Source: a virus (Duplodnaviria; Caudoviricetes). Taken from it: 37,004 nucleotides of DNA. The notes beneath the pieces were generated by a model. That model did no database searches. It had not been told where the DNA came from and worked only from the letters and a program-made list of their open reading frames with translations. The position numbers were made by a program, and so were the translations under genes. Location: the IMG/VR virus record IMGVR_UViG_3300044878_000210, positions 1 through 37,004 of that record; one strand, given 5' to 3'. Shown here one piece after another: positions 33,420-37,004 of the stretch. Numbering within the stretch: position 1 is the stretch's first letter; every line of letters begins with the position of its first letter.

Positions 33420-35995
33420 TGTCAAACAACCTTGTCCTACGTGTCGCGTTCAACCTGATAAACGGCGCCACCCGGCCCCTGCAGAACATCATGGCAGGCA
33501 GCAACCAGCTGGCCGCCTCCCTCAAGACCACCCGCGACAAGCTCAAGGCGTTGGACAAGGTACAGAAAGACATTGGGGCCTTCCGCGAGATGCGCGCCGG
33601 CGTATCGGCCAGCTCCGCGCAAATGGCGGCCGCCCAGGCGCGCGTGGCGAGCCTGGCGCAAGCCATGCAGGCGGCCGGCACGCCAACCAAGGCCATGACC
33701 CGAGACTTCGAGAAAGCGAAGCAGGCGGCCGCCCAGCTCAAGGCGGCGCACGAACAGCAGCAGGGCCAGCTGCAGCAGCTTCGCACCAGGTTGTCGGGCG
33801 CCGGGATCGACACCCGCAACCTGTCACAGCATGAACGCGATCTGCGCGCCAACATCACGTCGACCAACGCGGCGATGCTCACCCAGCAGTCCCGCCTTAC
33901 CGAGCTGGCCGCCCGCGAGCGCCGGCTAGGCGAAGCGCGCGACCGGATGAACGCCACCAAGGCCACCGCGGGCAAGATGGCCGGCGCCGGCGCAGCTATG
34001 GCCGTGGCCGGCGCCGGCGCCACCGCCGCGCTGACCGTTCCTGTGAGCGCCTACGCCAAGGCCGAAGACTCGGCAACCCAGCTGCAGGTGGCACTGATGC
34101 GCGCCGGCGCCACGGTCCCGCCCGAGTTCGAGAAAATCAATGCGCTGGCGATGAAGCTCGGCGATCGGCTTCCGGGAACCACCTCGGACTTTCAAGACAT
34201 GATGACCATGCTTAACCGGCAAGGCATTTCCGCACAGTCGATCCTGGGCGGCATGGGCGAAGCAACGGCATACCTGGGCGTGCAGCTGAAAAAGGCACCG
34301 AACGAGGCGGCCGAGTTCGCGGCGAAGATGCAGGACGCAACCCGCACCACTGAGAAAGATATGATGGGCCTGATGGACGTGATTCAACGCACGTTCTACC
34401 TGGGCGTCGATGACAACAACATGCTGCAGGGCTTTTCCAAGCTCTCGCCGGCAATGGACACCCTCAAGCAAAAGGGCCTGGAAGGGGCCAAAGCATTGGC
34501 GCCGCTGCTGGTGATGGCCGATCAAGCCGGCATGAAGGGCGAGGCCGCTGGCAATGCCTTCCGTAAGATTTTCCAGATGTCGATGGACAAGAAGAAGATC
34601 GCCAAGGGCAACAAGGAATTGGCGCCAGGTAAGCAGCTGGAATTCACGGACGGTAAGGGCGAGTTTGGCGGCCTGGACAATATGTTCAAGCAGCTCGACA
34701 AACTCAAAGGCCTGACCACACAAAAGCGGCTCGGCGTATTGAAGGAAGTGTTCGGCGACGACGCGGAAACCCTGCAGGCGATCGCGCTGATGATGGACAA
34801 GGGCGTAGCCGGCTACTCCGAAGTGCAAGGCAAGATGAGCGCGCAGGCCTCGCTGCAGGAGCGCGTCAACAAGCAGCTCGGCACCCTCAAGAATCTGTGG
34901 GAGGCCACCACCGGCACCTTCACCAACGGCATGGTTGCATTCGGCGAGTCGATTTCTCCCGAGCTGAAAGCCACTACCGAATGGCTGGGCGATATGGCTC
35001 AGAAAATGGGAGCCTGGGCGCGCGAAAATCCGCGCATGGCTGGCGGGATCATGAAAACGGCGGCCGCCCTGGCGCTGCTGCTGACGGCCGGCGGCGCGCT
35101 GCTGCTGATGGCTGCAAGTATCCTCGGCCCTATGGCGATGCTGAAATTCAGTATGACCACCCTCGGCATGCAGGGCGGGTTGCTGGCGAATGTGTGCCGC
35201 ATGCTGGTTGCCCCGCTGCGCGCTGTCGGTATGGCCGTGATGTTCATAGGCCGCGCCCTGATTGCGAACCCTGTAGGCGCAATCATTATGGCAATCGCCG
35301 TGGCCGGTTTCCTGATCTACAAATATTGGGAGCCGATCAAGGCCTTTTTCGGCGGCCTGTGGGACCAGGTGAAAGCCGCGTTCGCCGGCGGCCTGGGCGG
35401 TATCGCCGCGCTGATCGTCAACTTTTCTCCGATGGGCCTGTTTTACCAGGCGTTTGCGGGCTTGATGAACTGGTTTGGCGTGTCCATGCCGGCGAAATTT
35501 ACCGAGTTCGGCGCAAACCTCATTGGCGGCCTGGTCAACGGCATCACCAACGGCCTGGGCGCGGTCAAGGACGCAATCACCAACGTGGCAACCACCACCG
35601 TGACCTGGTTCAAGGACAAGCTCGGCATTCATAGCCCGAGCCGCGTGTTCGGCGAGCTGGGCGGCTTTATCAGCGAGGGCGCGGCGCTGGGCATGGAGAA
35701 CCAGCAAGGCAAGGTGGCCAAGGCAGCCCTGGGGCTGGCTATGGCGGCCACAGCGACGTTTTCGCAGGCTGGCAGCCCGATCATAGGCGCACAGCCGCCG
35801 ATCGACGCACGCGGCCCCCTGATGGCTGCCCAGGCGGGCGGCGCTGCAGGAGCCGGCGCCGGCAACACGTACTCGATCAACATCACGGCCTCCCCAGGGA
35901 TGGACCCGGCCGCGATCGCTCGCGCCGTCAGCGCCGAGCTGGATCGCCGCGACCGCGCCGCCCAAACCCGTATCGGCTCACGCCTCTCTGACTAG
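33419..35995 (+). CDS. gpT: Tail tape measure protein
   Basis: 858 aa, Ala/Gly-rich, coiled-coil N-terminus, hydrophobic segment ANPVG...IYKYW.PIKAFF.GLW, and KLGIHSPSRVF. Confidence 0.95.
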   Translation: MSNNLVLRVAFNLINGATRPLQNIMAGSNQLAASLKTTRDKLKALDKVQKDIGAFREMRAGVSASSAQMAAAQARVASLAQAMQAAGTPTKAMTRDFEKAKQAAAQLKAAHEQQQGQLQQLRTRLSGAGIDTRNLSQHERDLRANITSTNAAMLTQQSRLTELAARERRLGEARDRMNATKATAGKMAGAGAAMAVAGAGATAALTVPVSAYAKAEDSATQLQVALMRAGATVPPEFEKINALAMKLGDRLPGTTSDFQDMMTMLNRQGISAQSILGGMGEATAYLGVQLKKAPNEAAEFAAKMQDATRTTEKDMMGLMDVIQRTFYLGVDDNNMLQGFSKLSPAMDTLKQKGLEGAKALAPLLVMADQAGMKGEAAGNAFRKIFQMSMDKKKIAKGNKELAPGKQLEFTDGKGEFGGLDNMFKQLDKLKGLTTQKRLGVLKEVFGDDAETLQAIALMMDKGVAGYSEVQGKMSAQASLQERVNKQLGTLKNLWEATTGTFTNGMVAFGESISPELKATTEWLGDMAQKMGAWARENPRMAGGIMKTAAALALLLTAGGALLLMAASILGPMAMLKFSMTTLGMQGGLLANVCRMLVAPLRAVGMAVMFIGRALIANPVGAIIMAIAVAGFLIYKYWEPIKAFFGGLWDQVKAAFAGGLGGIAALIVNFSPMGLFYQAFAGLMNWFGVSMPAKFTEFGANLIGGLVNGITNGLGAVKDAITNVATTTVTWFKDKLGIHSPSRVFGELGGFISEGAALGMENQQGKVAKAALGLAMAATATFSQAGSPIIGAQPPIDARGPLMAAQAGGAAGAGAGNTYSINITASPGMDPAAIARAVSAELDRRDRAAQTRIGSRLSD

Positions 35996-36007
35996 GAAAA
36001 AAGAACC

Positions 36008-36460
36008 ATGCTGATGGCCCTCGACCAATTCGTTTTCGGCCTTGATACCCTGGCGTTTCAAGAGCTGCAGCGGCAAACCCAATGGAAGCACCGCCGTTCG
36101 TCCCGCATCAACGCGCGGGACGCCAACCAATACCTCGGGCCTGGTGAAGACACGATCACGCTGTCCGGTGTCCTGGCGCCCGAGCTGACCGGCGACTTGG
36201 CCTCCCTGGTCGAACTGCGCCAGATGGCCGACGCCGGCGCCGCCTATGCAATGGTCGACGGCGCCGGCACCGTATATGGCGCGTTTATTATCGAAGGCCT
36301 GACCGAAGGCCAAACCCTGCACTACGAGGACGGCGTACCACGGCGCGTCGAGTTCTCGATCAGCCTGTCGCGCACCGATGACGACAAGGCCAGCTCCGCG
36401 CCGCGCGCGCTCGGCGATGCCAGCGACGGCGACGGCCAAGCATTCGAGGCCTACGCATGA
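36008..36460 (+). CDS. gpU: Tail protein U
   Basis: MLMAL.QFVF.L.TL.FQELQR...W.H....R....A.QYLG.GEDTITLSG. Confidence 0.94.
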   Translation: MLMALDQFVFGLDTLAFQELQRQTQWKHRRSSRINARDANQYLGPGEDTITLSGVLAPELTGDLASLVELRQMADAGAAYAMVDGAGTVYGAFIIEGLTEGQTLHYEDGVPRRVEFSISLSRTDDDKASSAPRALGDASDGDGQAFEAYA

Positions 36461-37004
36461 ACCAGCCAACGCCGGATTTCCGCATAACCCTGGACGGCAA
36501 GGACTTGACGAGCGCGCTCGAGCCGCGCCTCCAAGGCCTGACCATCACCGAATGCCGCCAGGATGAAGCCGACACCCTCGACCTGACGCTCAATGACAGC
36601 GACGGCCGCCTGGCGATCCCGAGCCGCGGCGCCCTGCTGGCCGTGTCGATCGGCTGGTCCGGTTCGGCGCTGATCGACAAGGGAACCTTTACCGTCGATG
36701 AGGTGGAACATAGCGGCGCGCCGGATACCATCACGATCCGGGCGCGCAGCGCGTCGATGACAAAGAGCATGGGCGAGCGACAGGAAAAGAGCTGGCACGG
36801 TCAGACCATCGGCTCAATCGTCGCCGCGATCGCCACCAAGCACAAACTTACCCCGGCCGTAGGCCCGACCCTGGGGAAGATCACGATCGCCCACATAGAC
36901 CAGACGCACGAAAGCGATATGTCTTTTCTCTCGCGCCTGGCGAAGCGCTACGACGCCGTGATGACGGTCAAAGACTCGCGCCTGTTGTTCGTTCCGATCG
37001 GGGA
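36457..37004 (+). CDS. gpD: gpD 5' part (continues across the circular junction to 617)
   Basis: ATG 36457. P.FRITLDGKDLT...PRL..LT......EAD.L.L.L.D.DG.L.IP.RG...KG.F.VDEVEHSGAPD. Confidence 0.92.
   Translation, partial: MNQPTPDFRITLDGKDLTSALEPRLQGLTITECRQDEADTLDLTLNDSDGRLAIPSRGALLAVSIGWSGSALIDKGTFTVDEVEHSGAPDTITIRARSASMTKSMGERQEKSWHGQTIGSIVAAIATKHKLTPAVGPTLGKITIAHIDQTHESDMSFLSRLAKRYDAVMTVKDSRLLFVPIG
36878..37004. repeat. Terminal direct repeat (circular assembly overlap), copy 2
   Basis: Identical to 1-127. Confidence 0.97.

Larger units (their letters stand above)
1..37004. mobile_element. Complete P2-like phage-plasmid
   Basis: Circular, with a full P2 morphogenesis set, CI/ogr, parA-parG, RepL-like rep and resolvase. 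No integrase recognised. Confidence 0.85.

Noticed and set aside
16397-35965. Long antisense ORFs (e.g. 16397-18523, 29343-30725, 33926-35965)
   Set aside because: These are shadow frames of GC3-rich, well-supported structural genes.
36878-37004. 127-bp terminal repeat as a biological phage terminal repeat or att site
   Set aside because: It is exact, lies mid-gpD, and 127 equals a common assembler k-mer. It indicates circularity only.
1-37004. tRNA/attP, reverse transcriptase/DGR, protelomerase or classical toxin-antitoxin genes
   Set aside because: No matching motifs were recognised by eye. An HMM, tRNAscan or TADB scan is needed to exclude divergent members.

Overview
A complete, circularly assembled P2-like (Peduoviridae-type) myophage genome of about 36,877 bp. 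Bases 1-127 repeat exactly at 36878-37004 and split the gpD gene. The full P2 late gene set is present: Q P O N M L X, lysis cassette, R S V W J I, two fibre modules, FI FII E/E' T U D. There is also a CI / RHH / ogr switch region and a large TOPRIM primase-helicase in place of P2 gpA/gpB. I see no integrase or att-like tRNA fragment. Instead the element carries a plasmid maintenance kit: a serine resolvase with a res-like site at the usual integrase position, a type Ib ParA/ParG-like partition module with centromere-like repeats, and a RepL-like initiator with iteron-like repeats inserted between the cos-like site and the portal gene. It therefore looks like a P2-type phage-plasmid with two replicons. 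The hotspot between the primase and cos holds a T6SS Tae2/Tai2-like amidase effector-immunity pair, an orphan secreted protein, and a ~220 bp tract packed with palindromes. Family assignments come from remembered motifs and P2 synteny, not from database searches. A GC-rich betaproteobacterial host is only an inference.
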